From: a virus
Taxonomy: Duplodnaviria > Caudoviricetes
Virus record (IMG/VR): IMGVR_UViG_3300034272_001710
Span: 1-24,295 of that record
Reading direction: 5' to 3' (one strand)
DNA: 24,295 nt
Shown here: positions 1-7,631 of the stretch, piece after piece
Layout of the letters: each line of letters begins with the position of its first letter
Numbering within the stretch: the stretch's first letter is position 1
Notes under the pieces: model-generated
The model's input: only the letters and a program-made list of their open reading frames with translations
Database searches by the model: none
What the model was told of the DNA's origin: nothing
Program-made: the position numbers and the translations under genes

Positions 1-579
1 GGGCTTGTTGTCTATGGCTGCTACTGTGGCCTCAACAATATCCTGCAAGCTGTGTGGCAAAATATCAGTGCTCCAACCCACAGCAATGCCACTGATGCCA
101 TTCAGCAACACCAGGGGAATCAAGGGTAGGAAATTACAGGGTTCATATGTGCTGCCATCATAATTGGGTTTGAGCGGCACAATATCAAGATCAGTGTATA
201 GCAAAGCCTGAGTAGCCTTGCTCTTTTTCACATAAGTGTAACGAGGAGCGCCCCAACCATCAGGAGATACTCTGGTGCCAAATGCGCCAACACCATCCAG
301 CAAGGGCACATTGTTGAGATAGGGTGCTGCAAGACGACTGATGGTATCACTGGCGCTGACATCTCCGTGGAGAAAAATTCCCTCCTGTATCGCCGAACCG
401 GCAAGGCTGATAGTTTTGATTTTTTCACTTTTGTTACGAATCATCCATAACATTTTGCGCTGGCCATCCTTGAGTCCATCACACACACTGGGAATAGCCC
501 TATTTTGTGCGGTGTAGATAGCATATTCTTTTGAACTAGTATTGATAAAATCACTACTGGATAATCCAGTTATGTGCAT
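1..579 (-). CDS. Type IIA DNA topoisomerase small subunit (GyrA/ParC/T4 gp52-like), 5' part; runs off the left edge
   Basis: Not in the ORF track (no stop in window). Manual translation from ATG 579: MHITGLSSSDFINTSSKEYAIYTAQNRAIPSVCDGLKDGQRK...FLHGD...GAFG...GAPRYTY...NYDG..EP..FLPLIPLVLLNGISGIAVGWST. Contains RAIP-DGLK-QR, HGD, the catalytic RY and LLNG-GIAVG motifs. Confidence 0.95.
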   Translation of the reverse strand, partial: MHITGLSSSDFINTSSKEYAIYTAQNRAIPSVCDGLKDGQRKMLWMIRNKSEKIKTISLAGSAIQEGIFLHGDVSASDTISRLAAPYLNNVPLLDGVGAFGTRVSPDGWGAPRYTYVKKSKATQALLYTDLDIVPLKPNYDGSTYEPCNFLPLIPLVLLNGISGIAVGWSTDILPHSLQDIVEATVAAIDNKP

Positions 580-590
580 TGTCTCTTGAT

Positions 591-1475
591 TTACTTTTTG
601 AGCGTTTTGCACTTGTTTCCGTGCCATCTGTTATAGTTTCCTTTGTTTGTTTCTATTCCGCAATGAGGACATGATATCCGTGAATTCATAACTTTGGTTC
701 CAGCTGAAGTCCGTTCTAGTCTTTCTTCTCTAGATAGGGTTTTCCAAGACTCTTCAATTATAGTAGGTCTCCTATGATGATATAGGTCCAATTCAGCTTC
801 TGTAAATTCTTTTTTTGCATGCCGCTCCCTTAATTTCGCTCTCCCTAGATACCAATTATCAGTTTGCAGCATACGTTGACCAAAAAGTTTGAGAGAAGGA
901 ATAAGTTTCACTTGTGCATCAGTCAATCCGTTGTTTTTCAATCTTTGTTGAGCTTTTGCTAATGATTGTTTATGAACTTTGGAATCAGGATTGTAATTGA
1001 TATGTTTAACTAATTGGTTGAGAACATCTGGATGATTGCAAGGTAATCGTTTGATTGTCCCATCCGGATATCTCCAAATAGAAAATCCTTTTTGATTTGT
1101 CGGAGTCTTATGCAACCCTGCTGCTCGATTCTTATTCCAAGTATCTCTAATTTTCTGTTTGATCTCATCTGTGATAATAATATAATTGCCTTTGTTACCG
1201 TTGTAACCTTTGGGATATAATGTGTCAAACAGTTCGACATAATATATTTCCATGGCTCGATAATATTCATCAGGCTCATTGCCTTCTTCAATCAACTCAA
1301 TGATGAAATCATCTCTTGTTGCCAAGCCATCATCCAGATCCTTTTTGATCCATACCCCGCCTAGCCCAGACATATGTTTTTCAAATCTGTCCATGTGCGT
1401 TTGTTCTTCACAAATACTGATGCCAATATAACTGCGCATATTTTGGATATTGGTTATTTTGTAAACTTGTTTCAT
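591..1475 (-). CDS. Free-standing GIY-YIG homing endonuclease with C-terminal Zn-finger
   Basis: N-terminal VYKITN..YIG, later E...GYN; C-terminal CPHC..GNYNRWHGNKC. Start moved to ATG 1475 because GGAGG lies just upstream. AT-rich relative to its neighbours. Confidence 0.85.
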   Translation of the reverse strand: MKQVYKITNIQNMRSYIGISICEEQTHMDRFEKHMSGLGGVWIKKDLDDGLATRDDFIIELIEEGNEPDEYYRAMEIYYVELFDTLYPKGYNGNKGNYIIITDEIKQKIRDTWNKNRAAGLHKTPTNQKGFSIWRYPDGTIKRLPCNHPDVLNQLVKHINYNPDSKVHKQSLAKAQQRLKNNGLTDAQVKLIPSLKLFGQRMLQTDNWYLGRAKLRERHAKKEFTEAELDLYHHRRPTIIEESWKTLSREERLERTSAGTKVMNSRISCPHCGIETNKGNYNRWHGNKCKTLKK

Positions 1476-1484
1476 TGGGCCCTC

Positions 1485-1526
1485 CATCACCGTGTAAGTA
1501 TATTTATTTATACCTGCACGGTGATG
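1485..1526 (-). promoter_or_regulatory. T4-type late promoter TATAAATA (1505-1512) inside a hairpin that abuts or occludes the RBS of the GIY-YIG gene
   Basis: Minus strand: CATCACCGTG-CAGGTATA-AATAAA-TATACTTA-CACGGTGATG-gagggcccaATG. Confidence 0.85.
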
Positions 1527-1536
1527 AACGGTGGAT

Positions 1537-2262
1537 TTATATGCTCATCCATTCCTTTCTCGCGTCAGCTCTGGTTTTGTTGAAAAGTAGATCCAGTGTG
1601 TCACTGAGTTTACCGTCATCCAAGAGTGGAATCAACCTGGGACTTACCAGACTGTTTTTCCAGTCAATTTCTTCCAGACTGGCCAGTCCTTTGGCTCTGG
1701 TAGGTTTGGGACAGCCATGCCAATCCTCGCCCTTGTAGTTTTGCCAATCATCGCTATACCAATAGTGACGATGTTTTTTCTTGTCTTCCTGGATGATAAA
1801 TGGTGTGCTGAACACAAGGAAAAAGGGTGGTTGCTGAGGATCAAACAGGTCAGGCCAATACAGGTAAAAGAAGTTGGTGAGCAGGGCCATGATGTTGGCA
1901 CCATCAGTATCAGCGTCACAAGTGATCCACACTTGTCCATAACGTAAACTGGTTCGGTCTACTTTTTGGCCCATGATCAGTCCAATGGAGCTCATGATAT
2001 CCTGACAGATCTGATTGTCCAACACAGTTTTGTTGGTTTCTCCACGAACATTGAGGATCTTACCACGCAAGGGCAAACCTCCATGAATTTCTGGATCTCT
2101 CACAGCACTGGCCATGCTGATGGCGCTGTTGTGCACAAGTAAACCGTTACCCAACACAAAAGTTTCATCATCCATGACCTGGATGTCATAGGCATTAAAA
2201 TTATCCGTAGGAGATATTTCTGTGATGTCTTCCATGAGGAAGAGAGATTGATTGATATCCAT
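1537..2262 (-). CDS. Split-intein C fragment (45 aa) fused to the C-terminal TOPRIM half of the topoisomerase II large subunit
   Basis: AYDIQVMDDETFVLGNGLLVHN|SAISM (intein blocks F and G, +1 Ser), followed by PLRGKILNV, LRYG, DADTDG, KGLAS, ADARKEWM. Has its own RBS (AGGA) and an ATG 1 nt after the upstream stop. Confidence 0.93.
   Translation of the reverse strand: MDINQSLFLMEDITEISPTDNFNAYDIQVMDDETFVLGNGLLVHNSAISMASAVRDPEIHGGLPLRGKILNVRGETNKTVLDNQICQDIMSSIGLIMGQKVDRTSLRYGQVWITCDADTDGANIMALLTNFFYLYWPDLFDPQQPPFFLVFSTPFIIQEDKKKHRHYWYSDDWQNYKGEDWHGCPKPTRAKGLASLEEIDWKNSLVSPRLIPLLDDGKLSDTLDLLFNKTRADARKEWMSI
2128..2262 (-). mobile_element. IntC of the split intein (45 aa, ends in HN)
   Basis: Block F YDI-V..TFV and block G VHN, followed by Ser. 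Confidence 0.92.
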
Positions 2263-2263
2263 G

Positions 2264-3571
2264 TTAAATTCCTAAGATTTGGTTTAGTTGTTGTTGATAA
2301 CTATGAGGATATATAATTATACTTGAAAATGTTTGTTCTTTAAATCTCATGTGGTTCGCATAATCAAGATTACCCATATTGCCTGCAATTTCTATATATA
2401 AATTTGGTTTGATCAAATATAGATCATAAAATAAGGTAGTGTTGGGATATTTTTGGTTGATTTTGAAATCTTGATTCTCATGTAGCCCTTTTGTGAGAAG
2501 ATAATCATACACCAAAATTTCTAGTCTGCTTTTTAGTATAGTCCCACAATTACTGTAGCTATAGTAGCTATACTTGTTTTTGAAAATTTCCCTTTGATGG
2601 GTTTTGTAGGCAGGTAATTTGGATCTCACCAACCAATCTATCTGTTGCGATGAGATTGAATAAAATTCTTTAGCCACGTTATACCAGGAATAATACTTGC
2701 ATTCATTATCAATATTGAATGTGTTATAAACATGCAACGGATTTTTCTCCGCCAGTGAGGCTACACGGCCTATGAAACTATCAAAAGTATCTTCACTTGC
2801 ACCCTGATCGGTTTTAAAAGTGATCCACTTTTCCAAATATTGTTGTGTCCCTTGTATTTTGCCATATTTGCGGAGATAAGTGGGTAAATCATGTGTGATA
2901 GACATTTTCCATAAGTTATAGAGAGACTTGCCTTCCTCTTCTCCATGTTTATCTATTAATCTGTCAAGTGTCATAGATTTTAATTTTTGTACTTCTTTCC
3001 ATAAACCAACCCCCTGAGTTCCATGTTTTGTAACATATCCTTCTAGACTTCTACTATAATTGGCTTTGGAGATCCAAGAATCTCTATCTTTGCCAGTGGA
3101 TTCCCACCATTCCTTGGATCTACTTTGAGATTTTTTATGAGATTCACTGTTGGTATGATTACAAGGATAAAAAGGAGTTTTATTCCTACTATGAAGATGT
3201 TCATGAGCTTTTTGGGGATCCATACCATATGCTTTTTCTATAAATTCAATACTGTTTTTATTAAGTGTCTTACTGGCGCACGTATTTTTTGCAAAACATA
3301 AAAATTGAGCTTTGAATCTCCTTTTGACTGATATAGGGTGTATTTCTCTGTTATGAACCTCATGCTCTATGTATTGAATATCATGATTATGATCATTACA
3401 CCATGCACATCTTAGTTGATAATGAGAGATATTCCATTGCTTAAGGTATTCAAAGATAGAGATTTTGTTGCGAGTTAATGCACCTCGCAGCCTTCGTATG
3501 CGTTCCACAGGATCATCATTACAGGTGAAAGATATTTTAAATTTAGGACATATAAAAGTTTTTTTGGTCAC
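2264..3571 (-). CDS. Free-standing putative homing endonuclease (C-terminal PD-(D/E)XK/Vsr-like domain) inserted between the split-intein halves
   Basis: Three KHG/KYG-EEEG-like repeats typical of phage endonuclease DNA-binding regions; C-terminal SRLE..YP..YDLY..YIEIAG; Cys pairs near the N-terminus; AT-rich. Start moved to GTG 3571 behind AAGGAG. Confidence 0.7.
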   Translation of the reverse strand: MTKKTFICPKFKISFTCNDDPVERIRRLRGALTRNKISIFEYLKQWNISHYQLRCAWCNDHNHDIQYIEHEVHNREIHPISVKRRFKAQFLCFAKNTCASKTLNKNSIEFIEKAYGMDPQKAHEHLHSRNKTPFYPCNHTNSESHKKSQSRSKEWWESTGKDRDSWISKANYSRSLEGYVTKHGTQGVGLWKEVQKLKSMTLDRLIDKHGEEEGKSLYNLWKMSITHDLPTYLRKYGKIQGTQQYLEKWITFKTDQGASEDTFDSFIGRVASLAEKNPLHVYNTFNIDNECKYYSWYNVAKEFYSISSQQIDWLVRSKLPAYKTHQREIFKNKYSYYSYSNCGTILKSRLEILVYDYLLTKGLHENQDFKINQKYPNTTLFYDLYLIKPNLYIEIAGNMGNLDYANHMRFKEQTFSSIIIYPHSYQQQLNQILGI

Positions 3572-3574
3572 GAT

Positions 3575-3618
3575 GTTCTCCTTCTGTGACTTGTATTTAT
3601 GGGTCACAGAAGGAGAAC
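3575..3618 (-). promoter_or_regulatory. Perfect 16-bp hairpin sequestering the RBS, with a late-promoter motif (cATAAATA) in the loop
   Basis: Minus strand: GTTCTCCTTCTGTGAC-ccataaatacaa-GTCACAGAAGGAGAAC-atc-GTG. Confidence 0.9.
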
Positions 3619-3623
3619 GCTGT

Positions 3624-5432
3624 TTAGATATTGGCAGCCAATAATAAATGGTTTTCAAGGTCCAAGCAGTTAGCTTTGACTTTGATTATGGATGCGGTTG
3701 TTATATCAAAAACTTGAAATAGATGGTCTGGAGAAGTGATAATTGAACTCTTGATGTGGTCATTACCATAAGTCACACACAAACTGAATTGTGCATGATT
3801 AAATTGATCAATATCGTAGATCTCCAAAAATTGGCAGCCCAAATCTAGAGTTGTTTTGAACATACGGTGTTGATTGAGATCCAGGTCCTCTGCCTTCAAT
3901 AGCTCCACTTGAGATGTTGTTTTGTTGAATACTGGTATTTTATGGTTCCTACTAACTGTAATATGATTTCCAGATGCAGTTTTGATAATCATACCATCAA
4001 TTATTTTGGCAGATTTGTTACAAATAGGTTTGAAGTTACCCTTATGAGTTAGAACTAGATCACCCACCTTTGTTTCTTTGATTGGTTTGTGAACAAGAAC
4101 ACCGTAATCTAAAACCACTACATGTGTATCTTCATGAATACAATCACCTTCTGTGAGCATGAGAATACACTTGGTTCTGTCTTTGCCAGTGGCATCCATG
4201 AGCTTGGGCACTTTGTTGCGCAAAACTTTGCGTGCTAGTTTGTTGGTTTCTGCATCATCTTTTTTCTGTGTGCGTGCTGCACATCTAGCATAGATTTGTT
4301 CAATCCATGACTTGTGATCACGAATGATTCTCTTGTAGAGCTTCTCATCATCCAAGGCAGTCTTAACATGAGTCTCAACTTCCTCGTTGATCAGCCTGGT
4401 TTTGCTCTGACTGTCAAAATTGGGAGCGTGCATGGTGGTGCTGTTGTACACCAGTATGCCTTCGCTGATGTCACTTCTGTTGGGGGAGAGTCCACGACGC
4501 TTGCTTTCACGTTCCAGTGCCTTGAGTAGACTGCTGAAGAATACTCGCTTGAATACATCAATGTGATTGCCACCATTGAATGCTGGGATGTCATTCACAG
4601 TGCTGTGAACATATTCGCCTTCTGATGCAAATTGGGGAACCAAATAAAATGTGCTGAGGAACTTGTCAACGTCAACTGCCACTTTCACATAATCCAGAGA
4701 GTCAAAAAAGGTTTTGTCCAAAGTGGCTTTGACCGATATTTTCTCGTCGTTGAAGTAAAACTTCACCTCTGGATGGTTGGCAGCAATTTCTGTAATTCTA
4801 CTACGCACAAATTCCATAGGGAGGATTCTGTGCTTGAACACTTCTTTGCTGGGCACAAACTCAATGAGTGTGCCAGTTTTGTCTCCAGACACTTTTGTGA
4901 TCTTGGCCTTGTTTACTTGGAGCTCAGGCAATACAGCAGTGGGTTCCTCAAAGTGCTGTTGGAATTTTTCACCATTGCGCCAAACAGTCACACTGGCCCG
5001 TTCACTTGTATGCACAGTTGCACTGGCACCGATGCCATTTGTGCCTCTCACCACTTCACGTTCATCAAAATTTCTACCCGCCCGGGGACTGATCAAAACC
5101 ATGGTGGCCTTGTGCATTTTCTCCCCTTCATCCCAGTCTGTTGGGATGCCTCTGCCATTGTCTCTCACTGAGAACGTCATGGTTTCAGGATCATATGTGA
5201 TGTCAATCCTGTTGCCATGGCCATGGCCCAACAGTTCATCCAAACTATTGTCCAGTATTTCTCTAAATGCTGTGTAGATTGCTGGTACCCAAGTGGTTTC
5301 TTGAGCCACCAATTTCTCACCGTTCCAGTTCACCACTGTTTGAGTGTGTGGACTGCGACTGCCCAGATACATTTCTGTCCTGAGCCTAATATGTTGACTG
5401 TCTGTTAATTTTTTGATTGTATCTTTTGCCAT
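3624..5432 (-). CDS. Topoisomerase II large subunit, N-terminal part (GHKL ATPase, transducer, start of TOPRIM) fused to the split-intein N fragment
   Basis: HIRLR.EMYLGS, EILDNSLDE, DNGRGIP, GRNFD, GTNGIG, GGNH, FDSQSK, KLMDA, LTEGD|CIHEDT. The conserved EGDSA motif is broken after EGD by an intein Cys1. Confidence 0.95.
   Translation of the reverse strand: MAKDTIKKLTDSQHIRLRTEMYLGSRSPHTQTVVNWNGEKLVAQETTWVPAIYTAFREILDNSLDELLGHGHGNRIDITYDPETMTFSVRDNGRGIPTDWDEGEKMHKATMVLISPRAGRNFDEREVVRGTNGIGASATVHTSERASVTVWRNGEKFQQHFEEPTAVLPELQVNKAKITKVSGDKTGTLIEFVPSKEVFKHRILPMEFVRSRITEIAANHPEVKFYFNDEKISVKATLDKTFFDSLDYVKVAVDVDKFLSTFYLVPQFASEGEYVHSTVNDIPAFNGGNHIDVFKRVFFSSLLKALERESKRRGLSPNRSDISEGILVYNSTTMHAPNFDSQSKTRLINEEVETHVKTALDDEKLYKRIIRDHKSWIEQIYARCAARTQKKDDAETNKLARKVLRNKVPKLMDATGKDRTKCILMLTEGDCIHEDTHVVVLDYGVLVHKPIKETKVGDLVLTHKGNFKPICNKSAKIIDGMIIKTASGNHITVSRNHKIPVFNKTTSQVELLKAEDLDLNQHRMFKTTLDLGCQFLEIYDIDQFNHAQFSLCVTYGNDHIKSSIITSPDHLFQVFDITTASIIKVKANCLDLENHLLLAANI
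3627..4142 (-). mobile_element. IntN of the split intein (172 aa), with an internally duplicated block-B region
   Basis: Block A CIHEDTHV, KPIKETKVGDLVLT, block B ITVSRNH and a second IITSPDH; ends at a stop codon with no HN. Confidence 0.88.
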
Positions 5433-5457
5433 TATATGTGCCTATGAATTCTCTGCT

Positions 5458-5486
5458 AGTTTATCGGATGATCCTGATAGGATCAA
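5458..5486 (-). promoter_or_regulatory. Sigma70-like promoter for the topoisomerase operon
   Basis: TTGATC-17 nt-TAAACT, overlapped by the inverted repeat TGATCCT-gat-AGGATCA (5469-5485). Confidence 0.55.
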
Positions 5487-5490
5487 CAAG

Positions 5491-5515
5491 AAAGGGCGGA
5501 GTAATTCCGCCCTTT
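5491..5515 (-). terminator. Intrinsic terminator downstream of yccA (possibly bidirectional)
   Basis: AAAGGGCGGA-gtaat-TCCGCCCTTT with T-rich tails on both strands. Confidence 0.85.
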
Positions 5516-5547
5516 TTTATTATACTGAAATAAGTCATATAAATCAA

Positions 5548-6261
5548 TTAGTCACGATCTCCTAGGAGATTGAGCAAAAACTGAAAGATGTTGATGAAGT
5601 TGAGATACAAGCTGAAAGCACCATACAATGCACTTTTTTCTGGGCTGTCAAATCCCAAAACTTCACCATAGTTGAGGTAATCATTCTTGAGATTTTGCAC
5701 GTCATATGCTGTGAGTCCTGTGAAGATCAACACACCCAACACGCTCACCACAAACATCACCAAACTGCTGCCCAGGAAAATGTTCACCAACATGGCAATC
5801 ATAATACCCACCATGCCCATGAACAAAAAATTGCCCATTTTGGTGAGATCCGTGCTGGTGGTATAGCCCCACAAGCTGGCAGCAGCAAAAGTTGCAGCAC
5901 TGATAAAGAACACAGTGGCAATGCTCTGGGTGGTGAACACCACAAACAGGGTGCTCAAGCTCATGCCCATGGCCACTGCAAATGCCCAAAACAACGCATG
6001 CACAGTAGAGTAACTGAATTTGTGCAAGCCATAACTGATCACAAATACAAAAGGCAGGGGCAACAGTGCAAACACAATGGCCAGCACGCCCTTGAGGGCC
6101 ACTCCCAAAATTGCGGCTGTGATCATGGCTGTGACACCACTGACCACAAGGGCTGTTGACATTTTGTTGTACACACTGCGCATGTAGTCTCGCAACCCTG
6201 TGTGAATATCTCCATGTGAGTGTGTCACACTCACATGGTCGCTAATTTGATCATCCATCAT
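5548..6261 (-). CDS. yccA: Bax inhibitor-1/YccA family membrane protein (FtsH modulator)
   Basis: About 7 hydrophobic segments; GLRDYMRSVY..M, GYTT..DL..MG, F.GLTAYDVQ.LK, GA.SLYL.FINIF..LL motifs. Confidence 0.93.
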   Translation of the reverse strand: MMDDQISDHVSVTHSHGDIHTGLRDYMRSVYNKMSTALVVSGVTAMITAAILGVALKGVLAIVFALLPLPFVFVISYGLHKFSYSTVHALFWAFAVAMGMSLSTLFVVFTTQSIATVFFISAATFAAASLWGYTTSTDLTKMGNFLFMGMVGIMIAMLVNIFLGSSLVMFVVSVLGVLIFTGLTAYDVQNLKNDYLNYGEVLGFDSPEKSALYGAFSLYLNFINIFQFLLNLLGDRD

Positions 6262-6291
6262 TTGTTGATATCCTCATTGAGAATTTATTTG

Positions 6292-6320
6292 ATACTAATA
6301 GATATTCTGCCTTGAATCAA
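6292..6320 (-). promoter_or_regulatory. Sigma70-like promoter for yccA
   Basis: TTGATT-17 nt-TAGTAT. Confidence 0.45.
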
Positions 6321-6356
6321 GCAATCATAGAGGTGGGGACCCTTGCAGGTCAACTC

Positions 6357-6452
6357 TATAAATAAGAATGGTAATCAGGGTGTTGGAACCACCCTGAAAC
6401 CCAGCTTGGAGATCCTGGGCTGTCCCAACACTTATTTATCTTGGAGACTATA
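6357..6452 (+). promoter_or_regulatory. Late promoter TATAAATA (6357-6364) followed by a multi-stem structured leader of the GIY-YIG gene
   Basis: TCAGGGTG-ttggaac-CACCCTGA (6375-6397), CCCAG...CTGGG (6400-6419), ATAAATAAG/CTTATTTAT (6358-6366/6431-6439), then RBS GGAG. Confidence 0.7.
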
Positions 6453-7631
6453 ATGTCATCTAATAACAATTATCTCGTAGATTATCACGGATTTGTATAT
6501 CTCTGGAGAGATCATATCCATAAGAAATATTACCTTGGAAGTCATTTGGGGTCTAAACATGATCATTATATTGGATCCAACACCTGGTTAAAAACCGCTT
6601 ATCAAAAGAGACCACATACTTTCACTCGCCGTATAATTCAATGGTTACTGTTCCAAAATGAAACACAGGAAATTGCCCTATCACGTCTTCACAAATTAGA
6701 GCAACAATGGTTGGATATGATTGACGATAATGAATTGTCAATTAGTAAAAATGTTCTAGCAGGCACAAATAGATATTACAATATGAAGAAAACTGCGGCC
6801 GGTGAAAGTCATAAAGGGCATAAAAAGAATAGGACCAAACCTGCGTGGAATATAGGTATATCTTCTGAAATGTTAAAATTGAGGAAAGAGGGATATTTTT
6901 GTTTGTTGTCAGATAAACCTAAAGCTGCAAAAAACCGAATAAAACATAGTTCTATTCTGGTCCCCAGACCACGAAGAGTTAAGCGACCACCATCAATATG
7001 TCCTGTATGTGATAAACAATTTCTTGGTAACATTGGTCAAAAGACCTGTAGCAGATCTTGTTCAGGTAAAAGATTATGGCAAGAAGGGAAAATATCACCA
7101 CAATGGGGTACGGGAAAAGCTTGGAATAAGGGGTTACCAAATCCTTTGGCAGCAGCAAATGGAATAAAAGGTGCCCAAAAATTACGAGAGAAAATCAAAG
7201 GCCGTAAATTGATCAAATTAGCGGACGGGAAAAAACACTGGGTATATCCTGGAGATGAAAATTATCCATTAGTAGATAGTAACATCAAAAAGAAGGAATC
7301 AGCAAAAATACCTAACAAAGTTAGCCTAGATGACCTTCCTCTTACACCATCTCCATTACAGAAAGGTTCACCAGAATGGAAAGAACTCTTCAGACAGAAG
7401 GTTATGCAAAATGCTAAAAGAGGACTTGAGCACTCATCAGCCTGGTTATGGGTTTTGAAAAATCCTGTTGGGAAGATAATTGAGGTAATAGGATTAGCTG
7501 ACTTTTGCAGAGAAAATAATTTATCTATGACGGCTCTTCAATACAACTATAATGCGCTAAATTCTGGCCCTATTAGCCGAGGTAAATCAAAGGGTTGGCA
7601 AGTAGTAGATAAGAGGAAAGGCAACATATAG
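6453..7631 (+). CDS. Seg-like GIY-YIG homing endonuclease with Zn-finger and NUMOD-like modules; the only credible plus-strand gene
   Basis: GFVYLW..KYYLGSH..YIGS, E..WL, YYN; CPVC..TCSRSC; AWNKG; C-terminal L..FCREN.L..KGW. Start moved to ATG 6453 behind GGAG. Confidence 0.85.
   Translation: MSSNNNYLVDYHGFVYLWRDHIHKKYYLGSHLGSKHDHYIGSNTWLKTAYQKRPHTFTRRIIQWLLFQNETQEIALSRLHKLEQQWLDMIDDNELSISKNVLAGTNRYYNMKKTAAGESHKGHKKNRTKPAWNIGISSEMLKLRKEGYFCLLSDKPKAAKNRIKHSSILVPRPRRVKRPPSICPVCDKQFLGNIGQKTCSRSCSGKRLWQEGKISPQWGTGKAWNKGLPNPLAAANGIKGAQKLREKIKGRKLIKLADGKKHWVYPGDENYPLVDSNIKKKESAKIPNKVSLDDLPLTPSPLQKGSPEWKELFRQKVMQNAKRGLEHSSAWLWVLKNPVGKIIEVIGLADFCRENNLSMTALQYNYNALNSGPISRGKSKGWQVVDKRKGNI

Noticed and set aside
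228-428. 66-aa ORF in the track
   Set aside because: Alternate frame within the topoisomerase small-subunit gene, which is open from 579 to the window edge.
2263-3623. Group I intron or ribosomal bypass (as in T4 gene 60) joining the topoisomerase halves
   Set aside because: The spacers are only ~50 nt and 1 nt with no room for a ribozyme core; intein motifs on both sides and a separate RBS for IntC explain the split.
3572-3658. ORF-track start at 3658 overlapping IntN, or a frameshift fusing IntN to the nuclease
   Set aside because: A strong RBS, GTG at 3571 and the regulatory hairpin indicate independent initiation; a low-level frameshift cannot be formally excluded.
6370-6432. Hammerhead, twister or HDV-like ribozyme
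   Set aside because: I could not place the conserved catalytic cores (e.g. CUGANGA...GAAA); kept only as an unassigned structure.
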